Assembly: GCA_045649045.1 (NCBI GenBank)
Contig: JAZRPF010000043.1
Coordinates: 459 to 64,458, forward strand
Source: Eubacteriales bacterium
Lineage (GTDB): Bacteria; Bacillota; Clostridia; Oscillospirales; CAG-272
Direction: 5' to 3'
DNA length: 64,000 bases
The translations under genes and the position numbers were made by a program. Shown here piece after piece: positions 44,409 to 53,600 of the stretch. Every line of letters begins with the position of its first letter. Position 1 is the first letter of the stretch. The notes below the pieces were generated by a model that worked only from the letters and a program-made list of their open reading frames with translations, had not been told where the DNA came from and ran no database searches.

Positions 44409-45188
44409 TTATTCATAAAGTGAAAGGTCAGGCGGAGTAATCGTCACACTCCCGCTTTCAAGGATGCGACAGGTGCTTTTCCCTTCTACACTCATTGTCT
44501 TACCTGTTGAAGTGACCGTCATTTCAGCCGTATAGGTGTAGCTGTATTCGAGAAGTCTGCCACTCTCGCGGTCAAGCTTAAAGCTTGCTTTGATGTCATC
44601 ATAACGCACATTTGTGAAGGCAACACCTGTGGAATTGATTATTTCAGCAAGTGAACGGTAAAGCTGCACAACCTTATCCGATGTCGACTCCCACGGCACG
44701 CTGAAGGAGACCGTCACACTATCGGTATTTTCACTCGCGCGGTAGTCTTCGACCTCATCCTCATTAAAGAAGAGAAAAAGCGACTCATCCTTCAACACAG
44801 TGGCATCAAAGCTCTCTTTGAATCGGCGTCCCTCCTCATCAATATAAACAGTTCCGTCACAGTAATAAACGGAATAGGAGCTTTTCTCTCCGTCTGTTTC
44901 AGCGCTTTCTTCGGCCGCATATTCAGTGATGTTGCCCTCTCCGTCAAGACGAAAGGCAAGTGTCGCGCGGCGAGTCGAATGCATATCATATTCAGTCGTG
45001 CTAGACTGCATATAAACAATCTTTGCGTCGGTTTCTGTTTCAAGCTTCAGTGAGGATGCCCCCTCTGCCGCTTCCATCGCCAAGGCAAGCGCCTCAAAGG
45101 AATAGTCAGAGGGCTGACCTCCGTCAGAGCAGGCGGTGAAGGCGAATCCTAATGCAAATGCAAGGCATAACGCACATAATTTTCTCAT
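44409..45188 (-). CDS. Lipoprotein of unknown function
   Basis: MRKLCALCLAFALGFAFTACSDGG (lipobox). GAGGGA RBS before ATG 45188. Translationally close to the upstream gene. Confidence 0.65.
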   Translation of the reverse strand: MRKLCALCLAFALGFAFTACSDGGQPSDYSFEALALAMEAAEGASSLKLETETDAKIVYMQSSTTEYDMHSTRRATLAFRLDGEGNITEYAAEESAETDGEKSSYSVYYCDGTVYIDEEGRRFKESFDATVLKDESLFLFFNEDEVEDYRASENTDSVTVSFSVPWESTSDKVVQLYRSLAEIINSTGVAFTNVRYDDIKASFKLDRESGRLLEYSYTYTAEMTVTSTGKTMSVEGKSTCRILESGSVTITPPDLSLYE

Positions 45189-45202
45189 TGTTTTCCCTCG
45201 TT

Positions 45203-46165
45203 TCAATTGCCATTGGGCAAGCTTTCAAGAATATTGGCGATATCTGCCGAAATGTATGTGAGATAGACAATCTGCGTGGCTCTCACATACATTTTGCTAA
45301 CGCCGTCCTGCTCGGCAAGAGCACCTATCTGATAGGTAAAGTCCTTCTCCTCTCCCGTCTGTGCATCTCTGTATCGGATTGTCAGGCTTCTTCCTTTGCT
45401 CAAGCCCCATTCGGTAAGCTGCTCCTCTGTCGGTTGATATGCCTGCACCGCGTCAGGAAAGAAATCAGGAAATGTCAGTGAATTCCATGTGTTGCGTGTC
45501 GCGTCCGTGTCGCACTCTGCTGTATAAAGAATGCGCCCGCCCTCCTGAACGGTCACGGAAAGAAGAGATTCCTTCTCAATGAAGGGAATGCTATCAAGCT
45601 TCAAAAAGTCGTAAAGCTTCATATTCAAACAATACTCGTCTATATTCACAAGAAAAACACCCGACTGAAGTGAGGTGCTTGCATAGCGTCTGCTATCGGT
45701 TTGGCACTGTTTACCAATCCAAATATCAACCTTGTTGCCGTTGTAATCCACAAGCGTAATAGTCGGTGCGTCGGTTTTATCATAACCGTAAAGCACTCCG
45801 CCATCACTTTCAGACTCTCGGTAATACGATTTCATATAGGCAAATTTATCAATGACCGATTTGATGAGTTCTTGGTCAAGTGGCATATCGGGATTCTTTG
45901 TTTCGTAAAACTTGTCATTCTCACCCTTTTGATAGTGATGCCCATTCATTTCAAAAGATTCAAGACTCTGAAAGGATACATCGCTGAACTGAACAGGATG
46001 CTCCAGGGTGTTTGGATTATCGTCATCCTCCGTCGACTCGCTTGGATTTTCACCGATGCCCTGCTCTCTTTGCTCACGCAGGATTAAATGATAGATAACA
46101 CCAAAAGCAACAAGAAGGGCAAGAAGAACTGCTGATAAAATGAAAGACCACCGTTTTTTTTGCAT
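45203..46165 (-). CDS. Membrane-anchored hypothetical protein (DUF4340-like by impression)
   Basis: MQKKRWSFILSAVLLALLVAFGVIY... N-terminal anchor followed by a large extracytoplasmic domain. AAAGGA RBS before ATG 46165; the track start is 46192. Confidence 0.5.
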   Translation of the reverse strand: MQKKRWSFILSAVLLALLVAFGVIYHLILREQREQGIGENPSESTEDDDNPNTLEHPVQFSDVSFQSLESFEMNGHHYQKGENDKFYETKNPDMPLDQELIKSVIDKFAYMKSYYRESESDGGVLYGYDKTDAPTITLVDYNGNKVDIWIGKQCQTDSRRYASTSLQSGVFLVNIDEYCLNMKLYDFLKLDSIPFIEKESLLSVTVQEGGRILYTAECDTDATRNTWNSLTFPDFFPDAVQAYQPTEEQLTEWGLSKGRSLTIRYRDAQTGEEKDFTYQIGALAEQDGVSKMYVRATQIVYLTYISADIANILESLPNGN

Positions 46166-46335
46166 AACCGGATTCCTTTTTTTCAAATTCATTCAAGCTG
46201 CCATCACAAGCAGTAAAAAAATTATAGCATAAGCCACCGCCAGTGTCAAGTACAAAAGAAAATTTGCCAATTTTGCATAAAACAGTGCGAAGAGGCAAAA
46301 ATAGAGTCAGAATCACAGAGAAAGGAACAAGAAAT

Positions 46336-47016
46336 ATGGACAAAAAACCTACCGAAAAAGCGTCTTCGCTGCAAGCGAACCGCATACTTTACCTTGTCAT
46401 CATCGGTGTTCTTTGCGTATCGGCAATCATTATCGGCATTACAGCGGCACTTCGCCGTCCGTCAGAGCCGTCTTTGCCGAATGTCGGAGATTCATCCTCA
46501 GATTCCGCCTCTGAAACCGAGACGGAAGAAGCACCCCAAACCTCTGCCATACCGACCTTGACAGCACCTCTTGCAGGTAATGTCACAAAGAAGCACGACC
46601 TTTCGGTGCTCGTCCATTCGGTCACAATGGGGGATTGGCGCGTCCACGCAGGTCTTGATATCGCTGCCAAGCTCGGTGACGAGGTCAAGGCAACCGCCGC
46701 AGGCACAGTCAAGGAGGTGTGGGAGGACCCGCTGATGGGTACTTGCGTGTCTATTGAACATGGCGGCAAGCTCGTATCCGTCTACAAAAACCTGCACGAA
46801 ACGCTCGCAAGCGGTATCATTCCCGGTGTCAAGGTCAACGCAGGCGACACCATTGGCGCAGTTGGCGAAACGGCACTCATTGAATGTGCAGAAAATCCGC
46901 ATATTCATTTTGAGGTCATGCTGAACGGCGAGCTTGTTGACCCGCTTGACCATATTTCAGCGTCAAGTCAAGAGGCAATGCTGACCTTTGACGAGGATGT
47001 CGAATACGAGGGATAA
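46336..47016 (+). CDS. M23 family metallopeptidase (membrane-anchored)
   Basis: ...WRVHAGLDIAAKLGDEV...VSIEHGGKLVSVYKNL...NPHIHFEVMLNGELVDP (HxxxD and HxH motifs). Confidence 0.85.
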   Translation: MDKKPTEKASSLQANRILYLVIIGVLCVSAIIIGITAALRRPSEPSLPNVGDSSSDSASETETEEAPQTSAIPTLTAPLAGNVTKKHDLSVLVHSVTMGDWRVHAGLDIAAKLGDEVKATAAGTVKEVWEDPLMGTCVSIEHGGKLVSVYKNLHETLASGIIPGVKVNAGDTIGAVGETALIECAENPHIHFEVMLNGELVDPLDHISASSQEAMLTFDEDVEYEG

Positions 47017-47072
47017 CCCGTCCCTTATGATGACAAAAGAACTCTCGCGCCAAATCGGCGCGAGAGTTCTTT

Positions 47073-47786
47073 TCAGCCAAGTGCAAGTTCCCGAATCACC
47101 GTACCTGCCAAAATCATACCTGCAACACCGGGAACAAAGGAAACACTGCCCGGCGAGCCGGCACGGTTGGCGCTTGTAAGCGGTGGCTCTTCGGAATAGA
47201 CAACCGTGAGCTGCTTCACGCCCCGCCGCCGTAATTCATAGCGCATGACACGCGCAAGCGGGCAAACGGAGGTCTTATAAATATCGGCAACACGAAAGGC
47301 GGTCGGGTCTAATTTATTGCCTGCACCCATGCAGGAAATGATTTTTGTCCCTGTCGCCTGTGCTGCCATAATGAGTGCGATTTTGGCACTCACGCTATCA
47401 ATGGCATCAATCACATAATCATAGCGCGCAAAGTCGAACTCGTGCTTATTTTCCTCGCAAAAGAAAACCTCACGCGTCTCGATTTGCAAATCAGGGGAAA
47501 TGTCAAGAAGGCGTTTTTGTGCCGCCTCGACCTTCGGCATTCCGACGGTTGAATGCAATGCCACCATCTGCCGATTCAGATTGGAGGGGGCAACGCGGTC
47601 GGCATCCACAAGCGTCAGACGGCCGACGCCCGCCCTTGCAAGTGCTTCCGCCGCATGACCGCCAACCCCGCCGATGCCGAAAAGCGCAATATGCGCCTGT
47701 CGTAATCTATTCACGCCATCAATACCCAACATCCGCTCGGTGCGCTCATAAAATTCAGGATTCATCGTGTTTTCCAGCAAGACCAA
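47073..47786 (-). CDS. tcdA: tRNA threonylcarbamoyladenosine dehydratase (ThiF/E1-like)
   Basis: ...LRQAHIALFGIGGVGGHAAEALARAGVGRLTLVDADRVAPSNLNRQ.... TTG start at 47786 with AGGAGA 7 nt upstream; alternative start is ATG 47765. Confidence 0.8.
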   Translation of the reverse strand: MVLLENTMNPEFYERTERMLGIDGVNRLRQAHIALFGIGGVGGHAAEALARAGVGRLTLVDADRVAPSNLNRQMVALHSTVGMPKVEAAQKRLLDISPDLQIETREVFFCEENKHEFDFARYDYVIDAIDSVSAKIALIMAAQATGTKIISCMGAGNKLDPTAFRVADIYKTSVCPLARVMRYELRRRGVKQLTVVYSEEPPLTSANRAGSPGSVSFVPGVAGMILAGTVIRELALG

Positions 47787-47822
47787 AAGGTCTTTCTCCT
47801 ACTATCAAAAAATCAGTCAGAG

Positions 47823-48878
47823 TTATTCTGCATATAAAATCCGTCCGCCGCCGACAACCGTATCTCCGTCATAAAGAACCACCGACTGTCCGGGTGAAAT
47901 GGCGCGCTGCGGTGTATCAAAGCTGACACGAATGCGGTCACAGTCAGTCTGAACGACAGTTGCCCACTGCTCTGTCTGACGGTAGCGCACCTTGGCACGC
48001 ACCCGCATGGGTGTCTGAATATCGGGAACCGATATCAGATTGATACGGTCAGCAACCAGGCTCTCTGCATAAAGAGCCTCCTCGGGTGCCAGAACAACGC
48101 GGTTTTTCTCTATATCCTTCTCCTTGACATAGAGCGGTGCGGGCAAGGAAAGTCCAAGTCCCTTGCGCTGACCTACCGTATAGCGAATAATACCGCGATG
48201 CCTGCCAAGCACCTTGCCCGATAAATCAACGAAATCGCCCTCGGGGAACTGCCGTCCGAGGTAATGCTCAATAAAAGATGCATAGTCACCGTCATTGACA
48301 AAGCAAATGTCCTGACTGTCGGGACGCTCGGCATTGTCAAAGCCGTTTTGACGGGCAATTTCTCTCACCTCGCCCTTGGTCATCTCACCAAGCGGAAAGA
48401 TGGTGCGCGCAAGCATCTCCTGTGTCAATGTGTAGAGAACATAGCTTTGGTCCTTCTGACCGTCGAGCGCGCGGCGAAGCAAATACCTGCCGCTTTTTTC
48501 ATCGTAGCCCGTGCGTGCATAATGGCCTGTGGCAATCATGTCACTGCCCATCTCAAAACCGCGCTCAAAAAGCTTCTCAAATTTCAAATAACGGTTGCAG
48601 ACAACGCAAGGATTCGGCGTCCCCCCCTCACAGTAGGTACGCACGAAATTGTCAATGACAGTTGCCGTAAAGTCAGCCTCAAAATCGTAAACCTCATAGG
48701 GCATCGACAGCTTATCCGCGACCGCGCGTGCGAGCCTGATATCCTCATCGGTACAGCAAGTGTTCTTGCCCTGCACGCGCATGGTTGCCGCCATGCAATC
48801 ATAGCCCGCTTGCTTCAAAAGCAAGGCACTGACGGCACTGTCAACACCGCCCGACAAGGCAACAAGTATCTTCTTCAT
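47823..48878 (-). CDS. mnmA: tRNA 2-thiouridine(34) synthase
   Basis: MKKILVALSGGVDSAVSALLLKQAGYD (PP-loop SGGxDS) ...TGHYAR.... Confidence 0.95.
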   Translation of the reverse strand: MKKILVALSGGVDSAVSALLLKQAGYDCMAATMRVQGKNTCCTDEDIRLARAVADKLSMPYEVYDFEADFTATVIDNFVRTYCEGGTPNPCVVCNRYLKFEKLFERGFEMGSDMIATGHYARTGYDEKSGRYLLRRALDGQKDQSYVLYTLTQEMLARTIFPLGEMTKGEVREIARQNGFDNAERPDSQDICFVNDGDYASFIEHYLGRQFPEGDFVDLSGKVLGRHRGIIRYTVGQRKGLGLSLPAPLYVKEKDIEKNRVVLAPEEALYAESLVADRINLISVPDIQTPMRVRAKVRYRQTEQWATVVQTDCDRIRVSFDTPQRAISPGQSVVLYDGDTVVGGGRILYAE

Positions 48879-49792
48879 CAGCCTAACCGAATCATCTCGT
48901 CAATCGGTCGGCGCGCCAGACGAAGCGTTTCATCATCAAGGATAATTTCATCCCCCACCTTGCCTTCAAGGCAAGCAAGCACATCGGGCAGCGTGGTCAG
49001 GCGCATATCGCTGCAAATCAGTCTGGCACTCACGGGATAGAAACGCTTATCGGGACAACGGTATTGCAGGTGTGTCACGATGGAATTTTCCGTACCGATG
49101 ATGAATTCACCGTTTGTGCTCTTTTCGGCAAACTCCATAATTGCCGAGGTGCTGCCGACAAAATCCGCCATCTCCTGCACCTCTTTTTTGCATTCGGGAT
49201 GCACAAGGAAAAGCGCATTCGGATGCTTTTTCTTTGCAGTTTCTGCCTCTTCCTTTGTCACAGCGGCATGGAGAGGGCATCCGCCCTTCACGAGCGTCAG
49301 CTGCTTTTCAGGCACATTCTCCGCAACATAGGCACCGAGATTGCAGTCGGGAATAAAAAGAATTTTGTCATTTTTCAGATTTCTCACAATTTTCAAAGCC
49401 GACGCAGAGGTGACGCAGACATCCGACACCGTCTTGATGGCGGCGGTCGTGTTGATATACGAAACAACGGCATGGTCTGGATACCTCTGCCTCAAAGCAA
49501 GAATGTCCTCGCGTGTAAACTGCTCTGCCATCGGACAGCCTGCATCGGGTGATGCCAGAATAACCTGACGGTCAGGCGCAAGCAGCTTGGCTGTTTCTGC
49601 CATAAAGCGCACGCCGCACATCAGAAGACGGCGGCTCGTGGTTTTGGCGGCAAGGCGGCTTAACTGAAAGGAATCGCCCGTAATGTCGGCAATCTCCAGT
49701 ATCTCATGCGCCTGATAGGTATGCGCCAGAATACAGGTATCGGTTTCTTTTTTCAGAGCAATGATTCGCTCCTGCAATTCTTTTGTTGTCAT
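48878..49792 (-). CDS. nadA: Quinolinate synthase
   Basis: ...ILAHTYQAHEILEIADITGDSFQLS...VRFMAETAKLL...GCPMA...HPEC.... ATG at 49792 with a GGAG RBS. The stop overlaps the mnmA start (TGATG). Confidence 0.9.
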   Translation of the reverse strand: MTTKELQERIIALKKETDTCILAHTYQAHEILEIADITGDSFQLSRLAAKTTSRRLLMCGVRFMAETAKLLAPDRQVILASPDAGCPMAEQFTREDILALRQRYPDHAVVSYINTTAAIKTVSDVCVTSASALKIVRNLKNDKILFIPDCNLGAYVAENVPEKQLTLVKGGCPLHAAVTKEEAETAKKKHPNALFLVHPECKKEVQEMADFVGSTSAIMEFAEKSTNGEFIIGTENSIVTHLQYRCPDKRFYPVSARLICSDMRLTTLPDVLACLEGKVGDEIILDDETLRLARRPIDEMIRLG

Positions 49793-49804
49793 AATTGACT
49801 CCGT

Positions 49805-49836
49805 TTTTTCTATATTTGAGATTTTTCTATATTTGA
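49805..49836. repeat. Tandem direct repeat 2 x TTTTTCTATATTTGA (period 17) in the nadA 5' UTR
   Basis: Copies at 49805-49819 and 49822-49836, identical. Located between the nadA -10 box and the RBS. Confidence 0.8.
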
Positions 49837-49840
49837 CAGT

Positions 49841-49869
49841 AGTATAACACAAAAAAGCAAAAAAGTAAA
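49841..49869 (-). promoter_or_regulatory. nadA promoter (TTTACT-17-TATACT)
   Basis: Minus strand reads cTTTACTtttttgcttttttgtgtTATACTactg. Confidence 0.5.
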
Positions 49870-49953
49870 GAGAAAGACCAAAGCTTGTCCGACTTTTTCA
49901 AAAGAAGTCTCTCTCACTTTCTTTTTTATCGTTTTTTATAATCTATTCGCAGC

Positions 49954-50061
49954 AAAAAGCTCGACTTTTTGCAAAGCTCTTTACTTTTTACTTTTCGTAT
50001 GCTATAATTATGGATGGCATAATTGCAAATAAAAAATAACGATGGAGGAAGCAATATGTTA
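49954..50061 (+). repeat. Copy 1 of a duplicated promoter/5'UTR/start block (includes TTTACT-17-TATAAT at 49980-50008)
   Basis: AAAAAGCTCGAC..GCTCTTTACTTTT..TATAATTATGGATGGCATAATTGCAAATAAAAA..ATGGAGGAA.CAA.ATGTTA. Near-identical to 50522-50640. Confidence 0.9.
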
Positions 50062-50433
50062 AAAATGAAAAAAATCAATTTATTCTTAACTGTATTCTTG
50101 TTATTATTATCCGTAAGCGTTGTTTTCGTCGCTTGCAACGATGCTGGTGCCGATAAGCCGACCGAAAGCACCGATGAATCGAGCGAGAGCATTGAATCAG
50201 GTACACTCGGCTATGAAGAAATGCTCGCTTCTTTGGAAGAAGGTATGACATACCGTCAGTTTGCCGATATTTTGGGCGGCGACGGCGTTGACATAGGCTC
50301 CGGTGCCATTATTTATCAGTGGGATACCGGCGGTCATATGGTAACGGCGTGGCTTCAGGCACCGGTTTTTGATGGTGAGTATACATACCCCGACGAACTT
50401 ATCGTGCAGTCCTTCCGCGTTGAACCCAAATAA
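50056..50433 (+). CDS. Small lipoprotein of unknown function
   Basis: MLKMKKINLFLTVFLLLLSVSVVFVACNDAG (lipobox). GGAGGA RBS. Confidence 0.7.
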   Translation: MLKMKKINLFLTVFLLLLSVSVVFVACNDAGADKPTESTDESSESIESGTLGYEEMLASLEEGMTYRQFADILGGDGVDIGSGAIIYQWDTGGHMVTAWLQAPVFDGEYTYPDELIVQSFRVEPK

Positions 50434-50445
50434 AAATCTTTTGAA

Positions 50446-50480
50446 CTTGACGCTCCGCAACCGCGGAGCGTCAAGCTTTC
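50446..50480 (+). terminator. Hairpin/terminator after the lipoprotein gene
   Basis: 13-bp stem CTTGACGCTCCGC-aacc-GCGGAGCGTCAAG, followed by a weak T tract. Confidence 0.6.
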
Positions 50481-50521
50481 ATTCAGGTGATTTTTTGCTC
50501 ATTCTTCACTAATTTTACAGT

Positions 50522-50640
50522 AAAAAGCTCGACATTTTTTGCAAAAGCTCTTTACTTTTATCTTTTTGTATGTTATAATTATGGATGGCATAATTGCAAA
50601 TAAAAATAAATATAGAAAAAATGGAGGAAACAACATGTTA
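50522..50640 (+). repeat. Copy 2 of the duplicated promoter/5'UTR/start block (TTTACT-17-TATAAT at 50551-50579, TGt extended -10)
   Basis: See copy 1. This copy drives PFOR. Confidence 0.9.
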
Positions 50641-53600
50641 GAAAGAAAAAAGCTTTCTATGGATGGTAACACCGCGGCGGCGCATGTATCCTATGCATTC
50701 ACCGAAGTTGCGGCTATCTATCCCATCACCCCTTCCAGCCCCATGGCTGAAGTGACCGATACCTGGTCCTCTGCCGAAGGACGCAAGAACATCTTTAACG
50801 ATACCGTTAAGATGATGGAGATGCAGTCCGAAGCAGGTGCCGCAGGTACCGTTCACGGTAGCTTGGCATCAGGCGCCCTGACCACCACCTACACCGCATC
50901 GCAGGGCTTGCTCCTCATGATTCCGAACATGTATAAAATTGCAGGTGAGCTTCTCCCCTGTGTCATTCATGTATCGGCTCGTTGCGTTGCATCCCACGCG
51001 CTCAACATTTTCGGCGACCACTCGGATGTTTATGCTTGCCGTCAGACAGGCTTCGCAATGCTCGCTGAATCCAATCCGCAGGAAATCATGGACCTTGGCG
51101 CTGTTGCACACCTTGCAACCATTAAGGGAAGAGTTCCTTTCCTCAACTTCTTCGATGGCTTCCGTACCTCACATGAAATCCAGAAGATTTCTGTCTGGGA
51201 TTATAAGGATCTGGCTGAAATGGTCGATATGGATGCGATTGCCGCATTCCGCGCCCGTTCTCTGAACCCCGAGCATCCTGTGCTTCGCGGCTCGGCTGAA
51301 AACGGCGATATCTTCTTCCAGCACAGAGAGGCTTGCAACACCTACTATGACAACCTCCCCGCAATTGTCGAGGAGTACATGGACAAGGTGAATGAAAAGC
51401 TCGGCACAAACTATAAGTTCTTCAACTACTACGGCGCACCCGACGCTGACCGCGTTATCGTGGCAATGGGCTCTGTCTGCGATGTTGCAGAGGAGGTTAT
51501 TGACTACCTGAACGCCAATGGCGAAAAGGTCGGTCTTGTCAAGGTTCGTCTGTACCGTCCCTTCGTTGCAGAAAAGCTTGCCGAGGCAATTCCCGCAAGT
51601 GTCAAGAAGATTGCTGTTCTTGACAGAACCAAGGAGCCCGGCGCGCTCGGCGAGCCCCTCTACCTCGATGTTGTCACCGCACTTTCACGCGTTGGCAGAC
51701 AGGCTGAGATTGTCGGCGGCCGTTACGGTCTCGGCTCCAAGGACACCACGCCTGCTTCCATTTTTGCAGTCTTTGCAAATCTTGCCTCTGCTACTCCCAA
51801 GAACAACTTTACCGTCGGCATCGTCGACGATGTCACAGGCTTGTCTCTTGAGGAACAGCCCGCACCCCATGTTGCGCCCGCTGGCACCATCGCTTGCAAG
51901 TTCTGGGGCTTGGGCGGCGACGGTACTGTCGGTGCGAACAAGAACTCCATCAAGATTATCGGCGACCATACCGATAAATACATTCAGGCATACTTCCAGT
52001 ATGACTCCAAGAAGACGGGCGGCGTGACCATTTCTCACCTCCGCTTCGGCGATTCGCCCATCAAGTCTTCCTACTATATCACCAAGGCTGACTTTGTTGC
52101 CTGCCATACACCCTCCTATATGCTGAAGGGCTACAAGATTGTCAACGATGTGAAGCCGGGCGGTACCTTCCTTCTGAACTGCCAGTGGAGCGACGAGGAG
52201 CTTGACAGCCACCTTTCCGCAGAAACCAAGCAGTACATTGCAAACAACGGCATCAAGTTCTATACCGTTAATGCCATTGATATGGCAAAGAAAATCGGTA
52301 TGGGCAAGCGCACCAACACCATTCTGCAGTCTGCATTCTTTGCTCTTGCAAACATCATGCCGATTGCCGAGGCTGTTGACTACATGAAATACATGGCAAA
52401 GAAGTCCTATCTGAAGAAGGGCGAGGATGTTGTTCAACTGAACTACAACGCCATTGACGCAGGTGTTGATGCCATTCATGAGGTGAAGGTTCCTGACGCT
52501 TGGAAAACCGCTGCCGATACTGCCGCTGAAAAGAAGGCAGAGAGCAACCGCGGCGAGCTTGAGAAGTTTGTCAATGAGGTTGTGTTCCCTGTTGCAAAGA
52601 TGCAGGGTGATGCACTTCCCGTATCGGCATTCACCGATTATGCAGACGGTACCTTCCCGCAGGGTGCTGCCGCATTTGAAAAGAGAGGCGTTGCCGTTGA
52701 TGTTCCTGTATGGCACGCTGAAAACTGCATTCAGTGTAACCAGTGCGCTTATGTCTGCCCGCACGCCGCAATCCGTCCCTTCGCTCTGAATGACGAGGAG
52801 AAGGCTGCTGCTCCCGCAGACACCAAGTACACCGCAAAGATGATTGGTAAGGGTTGCGAAGGCCTCCACTTCACCATGGCAATCAGCCCGCTTGACTGTA
52901 TGGGTTGTACCCTCTGTGTGAAGGCTTGCCCGACCAAGCCCGAAAAGCGCGCAATTGAAATGGTCAGCCAGGAATCCCAGCTCGCACAGCAAGCTTCCTT
53001 CGACTACTGCGTTGCCAATGTTTCCTCGAAGGAGCTTCCCTTCGCTGACAACACCATTAAGGGCAGCCAGTTCAAGCAGCCGCTTCTTGAGTTCTCCGGC
53101 TCCTGCGCAGGCTGTGCCGAGACCTCTTACGCTCGTCTGATTACCCAGCTCTTCGGCGAAAGAATGTATATTTCCAACGCAACAGGCTGTTCTTCCATTT
53201 GGGGTGGCTCTGCTCCCTCTACTCCTTACACCGTCAACCGCGAGAGCGGCCGCGGTCCTGCTTGGGCAAACTCGCTCTTCGAGGATAACGCTGAGCACGG
53301 TCTCGGTATCTACCTCGGTCAGAAGGCAATTCGCGACCGCCTGATTGGCTATGTCCGCGAGCTGCACAGCGATAACGCTGATGAGCAGGCAATTATCGAC
53401 GCTTATCTTGCAACCATCGACGACGGTAAGGCAAACGCACCGGCAACCGATGCACTCGTCGCTTTGCTCGAAAAGTGGGCTGCAAACGGCTGTGAGAAGG
53501 CTTCTCGCATCCTCGCTGAAAAGTCCTACCTCTCCAAGAAGTCGGTTTGGATCTTCGGTGGTGACGGTTGGGCATACGATATCGGCTTCGGCGGTCTTGA

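Noticed and set aside
48876-48880. nadA stop overlapping the mnmA start (TGATG) as a sign of an unusual functional operon
   Set aside because: Such 1-4 nt overlaps are common in compact Firmicutes operons. It is mentioned only as context for the nadA leader repeat.
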